From an uncultured Eubacteriales bacterium (GTDB taxonomy: Bacteria; Bacillota; Clostridia; Oscillospirales; Oscillospiraceae): 61,407 nt of DNA. Location: positions 1 through 61,407 of the forward strand of contig USAT01000001.1 of the NCBI GenBank assembly GCA_900552725.1. Reading direction: 5' to 3'. The number at the start of each line of letters is the position of its first letter. The stretch's first letter is position 1. Shown in pieces: positions 36,988 through 44,829 of this stretch. Position numbers and translations under genes: made by a program. Below the pieces are notes generated by a model. It had not been told where the DNA came from and searched no databases. It saw only the letters and a list, made by a program, of their open reading frames with translations.

Positions 36988-37686
36988 ATGGAATTCCGCG
37001 AGATCGTGGCGCCCTCCCTGAAGGAGCTGTTCGTGCAGCAGCTGGAGGGCATGATCTTATCGGGCCAACTGCGGCCCGGCGACAAGCTGCCCACCGAGCG
37101 GGAGCTGGCCGACGCCATGAAGGTCAGCAAAACGGTGGTCCACGAGGGGCTGCGTGAGCTGCACCGCCTGGGCTTTCTGGACATCGTGTCCCGCAAGGGC
37201 GTGACGGTGGCGGACTATGCCCAGACCGGCAGTCTGGACACGCTGATGGCCATCATGCGCTATCACGGCGGCCTGCCGGACAAAAAGACGGCGGAAAGCA
37301 TCCTGAAGCTGCGGTACTATCTGGAGGGTCCGGCCATGGAGCTGCTGGCCGCTCACCACACACCGGCGGATATGGCGGCGCTGGAGGACTTTCAGCGTCA
37401 GGCGGAGGAGGCCGCGAAGCAGGACACCGCCGCCTTTGCCGAGGCGCTGTTCCGCTATCACCGGGGCGTCACCTTCCTCAGCGGCAACACCATCACGCCG
37501 CTGCTCTTCAACGCCTTCACCCAGGTGAATCTGGAGTTCTGGCGGGAGTATGTGGAGGCCTACGGCGTAGATGCGTGCCTGGACACGCTGCGGAAATTCA
37601 CGGAGCTGATCCGTGAGCGGCAGGGCACGGAGGCGGCGGCACTGCTGAAAAACGGGCTGGAACGGTTCCAGCGGGACAGGATGTGA
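36988..37686 (+). CDS. GntR/FadR family regulator
   Basis: PGDKLPTERELA..VS..VV.EGL HTH and FCD-like C-terminus. Confidence 0.88.
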   Translation: MEFREIVAPSLKELFVQQLEGMILSGQLRPGDKLPTERELADAMKVSKTVVHEGLRELHRLGFLDIVSRKGVTVADYAQTGSLDTLMAIMRYHGGLPDKKTAESILKLRYYLEGPAMELLAAHHTPADMAALEDFQRQAEEAAKQDTAAFAEALFRYHRGVTFLSGNTITPLLFNAFTQVNLEFWREYVEAYGVDACLDTLRKFTELIRERQGTEAAALLKNGLERFQRDRM

Positions 37687-37691
37687 GAAAT

Positions 37692-38132
37692 ATGATCAGA
37701 AAAGCAAAAAAAGAGGATCTCTCCCGGATCGCGGAGATCTTTGTGTTCAACAACCGCATCAACTACTTCCCCATCTTTCAGGACGCGGGGTACTCCTTCG
37801 GCGAATTGCAGGTGGTGTCGGTGATCGACCGGTATTTCAGCCGGGACGAGGTGCTGCGGGATATCTATGTGTATGACGACGGGCTGGTGAAGGGCTTTTT
37901 GCTGCTGGAGGGCACGGAGATCGGCAAGCTGTATGTGGAGCCGTGCTTCCAGAGCCAGCACATCGGGCAGGCGCTGATCCGGTTCGCCACCGACCGGGGC
38001 GCGGATCTCGTGTGGGCGCTGGAGAAGAACACCCGCGCCATCGCGTTTTATGCGCGCCACGGCTTCCGCCCCACCGGCGAAAAGAAGTTTGAAGAGGGCA
38101 CCACGGAGTATCTGGTGGAGCTGCGGCGGTGA
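37692..38132 (+). CDS. GNAT family acetyltransferase
   Basis: LYVEP.FQ..HIG and N.RAIAFY..HGF. Confidence 0.85.
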   Translation: MIRKAKKEDLSRIAEIFVFNNRINYFPIFQDAGYSFGELQVVSVIDRYFSRDEVLRDIYVYDDGLVKGFLLLEGTEIGKLYVEPCFQSQHIGQALIRFATDRGADLVWALEKNTRAIAFYARHGFRPTGEKKFEEGTTEYLVELRR

Positions 38133-38153
38133 CGGGTTGAAAAAGGTATATGC

Positions 38154-38194
38154 AAAATAAATGCGTCCCCTGTGACAGGGGACGCATTTATTTT
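38154..38194. terminator. Bidirectional terminator
   Basis: AAAATAAATGCGTCCCCTG..CAGGGGACGCATTTATTTT. Confidence 0.8.
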
Positions 38195-38202
38195 GTTTTA
38201 TC

Positions 38203-39126
38203 TCATTCTTCTGATGCTTTGTCCTTTTCCTCGGCCTTCTCCGCCTCGCGGGCAGCCACGATGTTGACGTACAGCTCCTCCGGCCTGTGGGGCTTCACCC
38301 ACAGATTCCACACCAGCAGGAACGCCGACACCAGCACCATCGCCGCCGACAGGGCCTGGGACACCCGGATGGGCGCGCCGCCGATGGTCCAGTCGAACAG
38401 GTACAGGCTGTCGGTGCGCAGGCCCTCGATCCAGAAGCGGCCGATGCCGTACCACAGGAAGTAGAAGAGGGTATTCTCCCCGTCGAACTTCCGGTGCCTG
38501 GCGATGACAAACACCAACAGAAGCAGGCCCACCAGATTCCACAGGCTCTCGTACAGGAAGGTAGGGTGTACCTCGATCAGCTCGCCGGTTTTCAGCGTCA
38601 ACTGCATGCGGCAGAAGATGGTGGTCTCGCTGCCAAAGGCCTCGCGGTTCATGAAGTTGCCCCAGCGGCCCACGATCTGGCCGATCAGCAGGCCCATCAC
38701 CACCAGATCGGTCAGGGCGCAGAGCTTGAAGCCCTTGCGCTTTGCCATGATGATGGCCAGAAGCACCACCGCAATGACCGCGCCGTAGATGGCAAGACCG
38801 CCGTCCCAGATGGCGATGGCCTTGCTCCAGCTGAACTTGCCGTCCGCGTCGCGGAACAGGTCAAGATAGAAGATGACGTAGTACAGCCGGGCGCCGATGA
38901 TGCCGCAGGGGATGCCCCAGAGGATGCAGTCCATCAGGTCATCCTCAGTAATGCCGTAGCGCTTCCGCTGGTGCAGGCAGAAGGCCACCGCCAGCAGCAG
39001 GCCAAAGGCAATGATAATGCCGTACCAATAGATACCGTGGCCAATGTCGATGGCCTTGGAGGACGCGGTAAACGCCCAATCACCGAACAGCCCCGGAAAC
39101 CGGATGGGACTGTCGGTCATAATCAT
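38203..39126 (-). CDS. lgt: Prolipoprotein diacylglyceryl transferase
   Basis: YWYG, GARLYYV, GGLAIYG, GRWGNFMNREAFG, HPTFLYES. Confidence 0.95.
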   Translation of the reverse strand: MIMTDSPIRFPGLFGDWAFTASSKAIDIGHGIYWYGIIIAFGLLLAVAFCLHQRKRYGITEDDLMDCILWGIPCGIIGARLYYVIFYLDLFRDADGKFSWSKAIAIWDGGLAIYGAVIAVVLLAIIMAKRKGFKLCALTDLVVMGLLIGQIVGRWGNFMNREAFGSETTIFCRMQLTLKTGELIEVHPTFLYESLWNLVGLLLLVFVIARHRKFDGENTLFYFLWYGIGRFWIEGLRTDSLYLFDWTIGGAPIRVSQALSAAMVLVSAFLLVWNLWVKPHRPEELYVNIVAAREAEKAEEKDKASEE

Positions 39127-39141
39127 GCCGTTCGTAAAAGA

Positions 39142-40425
39142 TCACTCCTTTGCTCCGCCGGAAACAGGCTCGATGATAGACACGGCGCAGCGCTCCTCCA
39201 CCAGATTCTCCCGGATGAAGGCCAGCACGTCGTCAGCGCTGATGCTGTCGTAGATCTCCGGGAAGCGGTAGGGATCATAGTCGTGGAATTTGCCCTCGGC
39301 CATGGACACGGCGATGCCCTCGAAGCTGTTGAGGGCCTTCAGCGCCGTGCCGAAATTGGCGTTGCGCAGACGCAGGTAATAGGCGGGGTCGATGCCCTCC
39401 TTCACCAGCCGCTGGGCCTCGTCCAGCACCGCCCGCACCACGGCGTTGGGGTCGTTGCTGTCGCCGCCCAGATAGACATAGGCCGCGCCGGGCAGAATGT
39501 CGTAGCTGCACCCGAAGGAGCCGTTGATGAGGCCCTGGCTGTACAGCTGGGCGTACAGGGGGCTGGACTCGCCCGCCAGCACGTCGATGGCCAGTTCGCC
39601 CAGAGCTGTGCTGCGGGCCTGCTCCTCGCCGCCGTGCTGGGGTGGGCACTTGAAGCCCGCCAGGAAGCTGGGCATGGCGATCTCCATACGGCTGCGGGTC
39701 TCCTTCTGGCAGGGGGTCAGCGGCTCCTCCGCGCCGTAATCACGGGGGATCAGGGGCCCGCTGGTTTTGGGCAGGACCTCCTCCGCCAGGCGCAGCACCT
39801 GGTCGCTGTCCACATCGCCCACCACCACAAGGCACATGTTGGCGGGGGTATAGAAGGCCTTATGGCAGTCGTACAGGGTCTGGGCCGTGATCTGGCGGAT
39901 GCTCTCCACGCTGCCGGCGATGGGGGTGCGGGCGGGGCTGTGGTGATACAGGCCCTGCATGAGCTGCTTATAGCACTGCCACTCGGGGTTATCCTCGATC
40001 ATGCCGATCTCCTGGCCGATGATGCCCTGCTCCTTCTCCACCGACCCGTCGGTGAAATAGGGCACAGATACGAAGGACAGCAGGATCTTCAGATTCTCAT
40101 AGAACTGCTCGGTGGAGCTGAAATAGTAGCAGGTGATGGCGTTGGAGGTGAAGGCGTTGGGCTCGGCACCGTTTTTCGCCAGCTCCTGCAGGGCGTTGCC
40201 CTCGGCGGTGTCGAACATCTTATGCTCCAGATAGTGGGCGATGCCGGCGGGGGGATCCAGCCACTGGCCGTCCAGTTGGAACTTCATGTCCATGCCGCCG
40301 TAGCGGGTGGCGAACAGGGCGTACTTCCGCTGGAAGCCCTTCTTGGGCACGACGCACACCGGCAGGCCGTTGGGCAGCGTCTCCCAGCGGGCGGTCTCGC
40401 CGATACGGGTATAGTTGGTCAGCAT
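39142..40425 (-). CDS. M16 family zinc peptidase (YmfH-like)
   Basis: GIAHYLEHKMF inverted HxxEH motif, NAFTS. Confidence 0.9.
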   Translation of the reverse strand: MLTNYTRIGETARWETLPNGLPVCVVPKKGFQRKYALFATRYGGMDMKFQLDGQWLDPPAGIAHYLEHKMFDTAEGNALQELAKNGAEPNAFTSNAITCYYFSSTEQFYENLKILLSFVSVPYFTDGSVEKEQGIIGQEIGMIEDNPEWQCYKQLMQGLYHHSPARTPIAGSVESIRQITAQTLYDCHKAFYTPANMCLVVVGDVDSDQVLRLAEEVLPKTSGPLIPRDYGAEEPLTPCQKETRSRMEIAMPSFLAGFKCPPQHGGEEQARSTALGELAIDVLAGESSPLYAQLYSQGLINGSFGCSYDILPGAAYVYLGGDSNDPNAVVRAVLDEAQRLVKEGIDPAYYLRLRNANFGTALKALNSFEGIAVSMAEGKFHDYDPYRFPEIYDSISADDVLAFIRENLVEERCAVSIIEPVSGGAKE

Positions 40426-41690
40426 GCGCTCTCCTCCTTTCCCTTCAGGAAGAATACGGTGTCAAGCTGGCAGCTCTGGGCTGCCTTTTGGATGCGCTCC
40501 GGCGTCACCTGACGCAGGGCGGCCATCAGATCCTCCGGCGTATCCTCCGCACCGGTGGCCGTCTGGCCCAGATAGTAGTTCTCCAGCGCGCCCTGCGAGT
40601 CGGACAAGGAGGTCAGGGACGAACACATGGTGGCCAGCGCGCCCTGCAGCTCCCAGTCCTCCCACTGGCCCTGCTGCACCAGCTCCAGCTGGTGCAGGAT
40701 CTCGTCGTGGGCCTTCTGGAAGTCCCTGCACTCGATGCCGGAGGACACGGTCATGATGCCCTTGGAGCGGGCATAGCTGGAGGAGGCGTAGTAGCAGAGG
40801 GACAGCTTTTCCCGCACGTTCAGGAAGAGCTTGGCATTGCTGGTGCCGCCGAAGATCAGGTTGGCCATGATCATGGCGGGCACGTCGTCGGTGTCGCAGC
40901 GCCAGCCCATGGACAGCTTGCCCTGGGTCACGTCCATCTCCTCGGTGAGATACCGGGGCTCCTGCGGGGCGGCCACACGGCGGACAGTCTCGCCCTCCGT
41001 CACCACGCCCCGGGGCAGCGCGGCAAAGGCGCGGCACAGCGCACCCTCCACCCGCTCGGGATTGGCGCTGCCGCAGTAGAACAGCTCCATGCGGCTGGTG
41101 GACAGCAGCTCACGGTAGTGGTTGAACAGCTTGTGGTTGTTGATCCTGGCGGCGGTCTCCTCGTCGCCAAGGCGCAGCACGCCGTAGGGCTCTCCGGCGC
41201 ACATCTCCTGCATCAGCCGCACGTCGGCCCAGTCCTGCTTGTCGTTGCGGATGGCCCGGATGGCGTCGATGAGGTTCTGCTTCTCGCTGTCCACATACTC
41301 CGCCAGGAAATGGCCGTTGCGGGTGACGGGATCCAGAAACAGCTCACCCAGCAGGTCGGCCACCGGCTCCAGCAGCTTCTCCCCCGCCGGGGCGAAGGCA
41401 TCGTCAATGACGGAGGCCACGAAGCCCACACACTGGCGCTCGCCCTTCTTGCGGACGGTGTAGTCGATCTGGGCGCCGTACAGGGTGTCCAGCGCGGCAG
41501 ACAGGCGCTCCATATCCGGACAGCGCATGGTGCCCCGCCGCAGCACGGCGGGCAGCAGCGCGTTGGCGGAGGCGTTCTCCCGGCTCAGCGGCGTCACCAG
41601 GTGGGCGCTGAGCACGCTGGTCTTGAATTTACTGGCAGGCAGATACGTCAGAAAGACGTTCTGCATGATCTCTTTTCGATGCTCGTACAC
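40419..41690 (-). CDS. M16 family non-catalytic partner (YmfF-like)
   Basis: KFKT, VTQGKL, KLFLNVREKLSLCYY; no HxxEH. Confidence 0.85.
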   Translation of the reverse strand: MYEHRKEIMQNVFLTYLPASKFKTSVLSAHLVTPLSRENASANALLPAVLRRGTMRCPDMERLSAALDTLYGAQIDYTVRKKGERQCVGFVASVIDDAFAPAGEKLLEPVADLLGELFLDPVTRNGHFLAEYVDSEKQNLIDAIRAIRNDKQDWADVRLMQEMCAGEPYGVLRLGDEETAARINNHKLFNHYRELLSTSRMELFYCGSANPERVEGALCRAFAALPRGVVTEGETVRRVAAPQEPRYLTEEMDVTQGKLSMGWRCDTDDVPAMIMANLIFGGTSNAKLFLNVREKLSLCYYASSSYARSKGIMTVSSGIECRDFQKAHDEILHQLELVQQGQWEDWELQGALATMCSSLTSLSDSQGALENYYLGQTATGAEDTPEDLMAALRQVTPERIQKAAQSCQLDTVFFLKGKEESAC

Positions 41691-41850
41691 GGTAAACCTC
41701 CTGAATCAATATAACAATTCATGGTATAGTATACACCAATCCTCCCCGAAAGAAAAGAGGAAAATCCCATATCAACGATAGTTGACGGGGCTGGCCATCC
41801 GGTCTATAATGCACAGTAGAGGATCACGCCTTGAGAGGAGATGCGATACC

Positions 41851-42363
41851 ATGACCGCAGTACAGCGCCGCAGCGCCATTTATGAACAGCTGACCCATGC
41901 TGACGCACCAATCAGCGCCACCGCGCTGGCCCAACAGTTTTCCGTCACCCGGCAGGTGGTGGTGGGCGATATCGCCCTGCTGCGGGCCGAGGGTCACAGC
42001 ATCACCGCCACGCCCCGGGGGTATATGATCCCCGCCGAGACGGGCCTGCGCCGCACCATCGCCTGTCACCACAGCGGCGCGGATACCCAGCGGGAGCTGT
42101 TCGCCATGGTGGACTGCGGCTGCACGGTGCTGGACGTGATCGTGGAGCACCCGGTGTACGGGCAGCTGACCGCGCCGCTGGCCCTGTCCAGCCGGTATGA
42201 TGTAGAGCAGTTCATCCGGCGGATGGCGGACTCCCACGCCCAGCCCATCAGCGCCCTGACCGGCGGCGTGCATCTGCACACCCTCTCCTGCCCCAGCGAG
42301 GCGGTGTTCGCCCACCTGAAGGCCACCCTGGCCAACATGGGCATGCTGTACGACGCCGACTGA
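41851..42363 (+). CDS. niaR: Niacin-responsive repressor NiaR (HTH plus 3H domain)
   Basis: VTRQVVVGDIALLR, TPRGY, VEHPVYG, LTGGVHLHT. Confidence 0.88.
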   Translation: MTAVQRRSAIYEQLTHADAPISATALAQQFSVTRQVVVGDIALLRAEGHSITATPRGYMIPAETGLRRTIACHHSGADTQRELFAMVDCGCTVLDVIVEHPVYGQLTAPLALSSRYDVEQFIRRMADSHAQPISALTGGVHLHTLSCPSEAVFAHLKATLANMGMLYDAD

Positions 42364-42376
42364 AAAAACGCCGCTA

Positions 42377-42432
42377 TTGACAAATCCCGCAAGTTGTTTA
42401 TAATGGAGTGGACACGTGTCTTGACACCTGTC
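42377..42432 (+). promoter_or_regulatory. sigmaA promoter followed by a NiaR-type operator
   Basis: TTGACA 42377-42382, TATAAT 42399-42404; GACACGTGTC-TT-GACACCTGTC palindrome at 42411-42432. Confidence 0.75.
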
Positions 42433-42470
42433 TGCTCCATTTGATTTTTCGGGATTATGAGGTACATACT

Positions 42471-43577
42471 ATGGAAAAAGTCCGGGCATTTCTGGTGCGG
42501 AAGAACATCACCTTCTCCGCCAAGCGCTATTTCATCGACGCCATGTCCGCCATGGCGCAGGGCCTGTTCTGCACGCTGCTGGTGGGCACCATTCTGGACA
42601 CCATCGGCAAGCAGTTCGGCATCGGCTTTCTGACCAACGCGTTTCTGACCATCAAGCAGGGTGACGTGGTGCTCAGCTACACCATCGGCGGGCTGTGCTC
42701 CCTGATGGTAGGCCCCGCCATGGCGGTGGCCATCGGCAACGCCCTGCAGGCACCGCCGCTGGTGCTGTTCTCCCTGATCACCGTGGGCTTTGCCACCAAC
42801 GTGCTGGGCGGTGCGGGCGGCCCGCTGGCCGTGTTCTTCGTGGCCATTCTGGCCGCCGAGGTAGGCAAGGCCGTCAGCAAGGAGACCAAGATCGACATTC
42901 TGGTGACGCCTGTTGTCACCATTCTGGCGGGCATCGGCTTCGCGGCGCTGGTGGCGCGGCCTATCGGCACGGCGGCCACCTCTGTTGGTGACGCCATCAA
43001 GTGGGCCACGGAGCTTCAGCCCTTCTTCATGGGCATCCTGGTGTCCGTCATCATCGGCGTGGCGCTGACGCTGCCCATCTCCTCCGCCGCCATCTGCGCC
43101 AGCCTGAACCTGACGGGTCTTGCGGGCGGCGCCGCCGTGGCAGGCTGCTGCGCTCAGATGGTGGGCTTTGCCGTTATGAGTTTCCGTGAGAACCGCTGGG
43201 GCGGTCTGGTGGCCCAGGGCATCGGCACCAGCATGCTGCAGATGGGCAATATCGTCCGCAATATCCGCATCTGGATCCCGCCCACGCTGGCCTCCGCCGT
43301 CACCGGCCCCATCGCCACCTGCCTTTTCAAGCTGCAGATGAACGGCGCGGCGGTGTCCTCCGGCATGGGCACCTGCGGCTTCGTGGGACAGATCGGCGTA
43401 TACACCGGCTGGCTCAATGACATCGCCAGCGGCGCAAAGGCCGCCATCACCGGCTTTGACTGGCTGGGCCTGATCCTGATCTCCTTCGTGCTGCCCGCCG
43501 TGCTGACGTGGCTGTTCGCCATTCCCCTGCGGAAGTGGGGCTGGATCAAGGACGGCGACCTGAAGCTGGATCTGTAA
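42471..43577 (+). CDS. PfoR/PTS EIIC-like membrane protein
   Basis: MAQGLF, LTLPISSAAI, AVAGCCAQMVG, GIGTSMLQ, SGMGT. Confidence 0.8.
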   Translation: MEKVRAFLVRKNITFSAKRYFIDAMSAMAQGLFCTLLVGTILDTIGKQFGIGFLTNAFLTIKQGDVVLSYTIGGLCSLMVGPAMAVAIGNALQAPPLVLFSLITVGFATNVLGGAGGPLAVFFVAILAAEVGKAVSKETKIDILVTPVVTILAGIGFAALVARPIGTAATSVGDAIKWATELQPFFMGILVSVIIGVALTLPISSAAICASLNLTGLAGGAAVAGCCAQMVGFAVMSFRENRWGGLVAQGIGTSMLQMGNIVRNIRIWIPPTLASAVTGPIATCLFKLQMNGAAVSSGMGTCGFVGQIGVYTGWLNDIASGAKAAITGFDWLGLILISFVLPAVLTWLFAIPLRKWGWIKDGDLKLDL

Positions 43578-43592
43578 GGCAGGATAAACCAT

Positions 43593-43621
43593 TTGACAAA
43601 CAGCGGGGGATTGCCTATAAT
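43593..43621 (+). promoter_or_regulatory. sigmaA promoter
   Basis: TTGACA-N17-TATAAT. Confidence 0.8.
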
Positions 43622-43634
43622 GGCGGTAGAATCA

Positions 43635-43812
43635 AATCCTGTCGAGTGCCCCGCCCTCCGCAAAGGGCGGCGGGGAGAATAGGAAATCGGGTGCGAATCC
43701 CGAACGGTGCCGCCGCTGTGATCGCGTGGGCATCACACAGGCGAAAGCCGGCCATCGGGTCACCGAGAAGGCGTGTGATGCCGGTGACGCGTAAGTCAGA
43801 AGACCTGCTCAA
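43635..43812 (+). ncRNA. Cobalamin riboswitch
   Basis: AATAGGAAATCGGGTGCGAATCCCGAACGGTGCCGCCGCTGTGA ... GCCATCGGG..GAGAAGG ... AAGTCAGAAGACCTGC B12-element pattern; boundaries approximate. Confidence 0.85.
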
Positions 43813-43863
43813 CTTGTACGCTGTCCCAGTGCGCCGCATGCTGGGCAGCCAATGACGCGGAAA

Positions 43864-43905
43864 AACGGCCGTGGCAATGAAGCTTCATTGCCACGGCCGT
43901 TCTCT
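43864..43905 (+). terminator. Riboswitch expression-platform hairpin
   Basis: AACGGCCGTGGCAATGA-AGCT-TCATTGCCACGGCCGTT. Confidence 0.65.
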
Positions 43906-43938
43906 GTCTATCTCGCCATGAAAGGAGGCCCGGCACCT

Positions 43939-44829
43939 ATGTCCGATCCCTTTTCCCGCTATCATCCGGCGGTGAATTTTCTGTTCTTTGCCCTGGTGCT
44001 GGTGTTCTCCATGGTGCTGATGCACCCGGTGTGCCTGCTGATCTCCCTGCTGGGCGCGGTGCTGTACGTGATCCAGCTCAACGGCCGCAAGGGCCTGCGG
44101 TTCAGCCTGAAGATCGCCCTGCCGGTGATGCTGCTGGCGGCTCTTGTGAACCCCGCCTTCAACCACGCGGGCGTGACGGTGCTGGCCTATCTCCCCGGCG
44201 GCAATCCCCTGACGCTGGAGAGCATCCTGTACGGCCTTGCGGCGGGGTGCATGCTGTGCGCCGTGCTGCTGTGGTTCGTGTGCTATAACCGCGTGCTCAC
44301 CTCCGACAAGTTCGTCTATCTCTTTGGCCGGGTGATCCCCGCCCTGTCGCTGGTGCTCAGCATGACGCTGCGGTTCGTCCCCCGCTTCAAGCAGCAGATG
44401 GACACCGTGCGGCAGGCCCAGTTCTGCATCGGGCGGGATGTGAATACCGGCAGCGTATGGCAGCGGGCGAGGAAGGCCGTCACCATCTTCTCCATCATGG
44501 TGACCTGGGCGCTGGAGAACGCCATCGAGACCGCCGACAGCATGAAAAGCCGGGGCTACGGACTGAAGGGCCGCACCGCCTTCTCCATCTTCCGCATGGA
44601 GGAGCGGGATCGCTATGCCCTGCTGTGGCTGGGCTTCTGCGGCGTGTATCTCACCTGCGGCGCTATCGCCGAAGGATTGAAATGGCGGTACTTCCCCGCG
44701 CTGACGGGCGTGCTGGCCCAGCCCATGACCGTCAGTTTTTATCTGGTGTATCTGGCCCTGTGCCTGACGCCGGTCATTTTGGACAGAAGGGAGGCGCGGG
44801 CATGGCGCTGTTCACCGTCGAAAACCTGA
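43939..44829 (+). CDS. ECF transporter T component
   Basis: HPAV, LRFVP, ETADSMKSRGY motifs. Confidence 0.88.
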   Translation: MSDPFSRYHPAVNFLFFALVLVFSMVLMHPVCLLISLLGAVLYVIQLNGRKGLRFSLKIALPVMLLAALVNPAFNHAGVTVLAYLPGGNPLTLESILYGLAAGCMLCAVLLWFVCYNRVLTSDKFVYLFGRVIPALSLVLSMTLRFVPRFKQQMDTVRQAQFCIGRDVNTGSVWQRARKAVTIFSIMVTWALENAIETADSMKSRGYGLKGRTAFSIFRMEERDRYALLWLGFCGVYLTCGAIAEGLKWRYFPALTGVLAQPMTVSFYLVYLALCLTPVILDRREARAWRCSPSKT

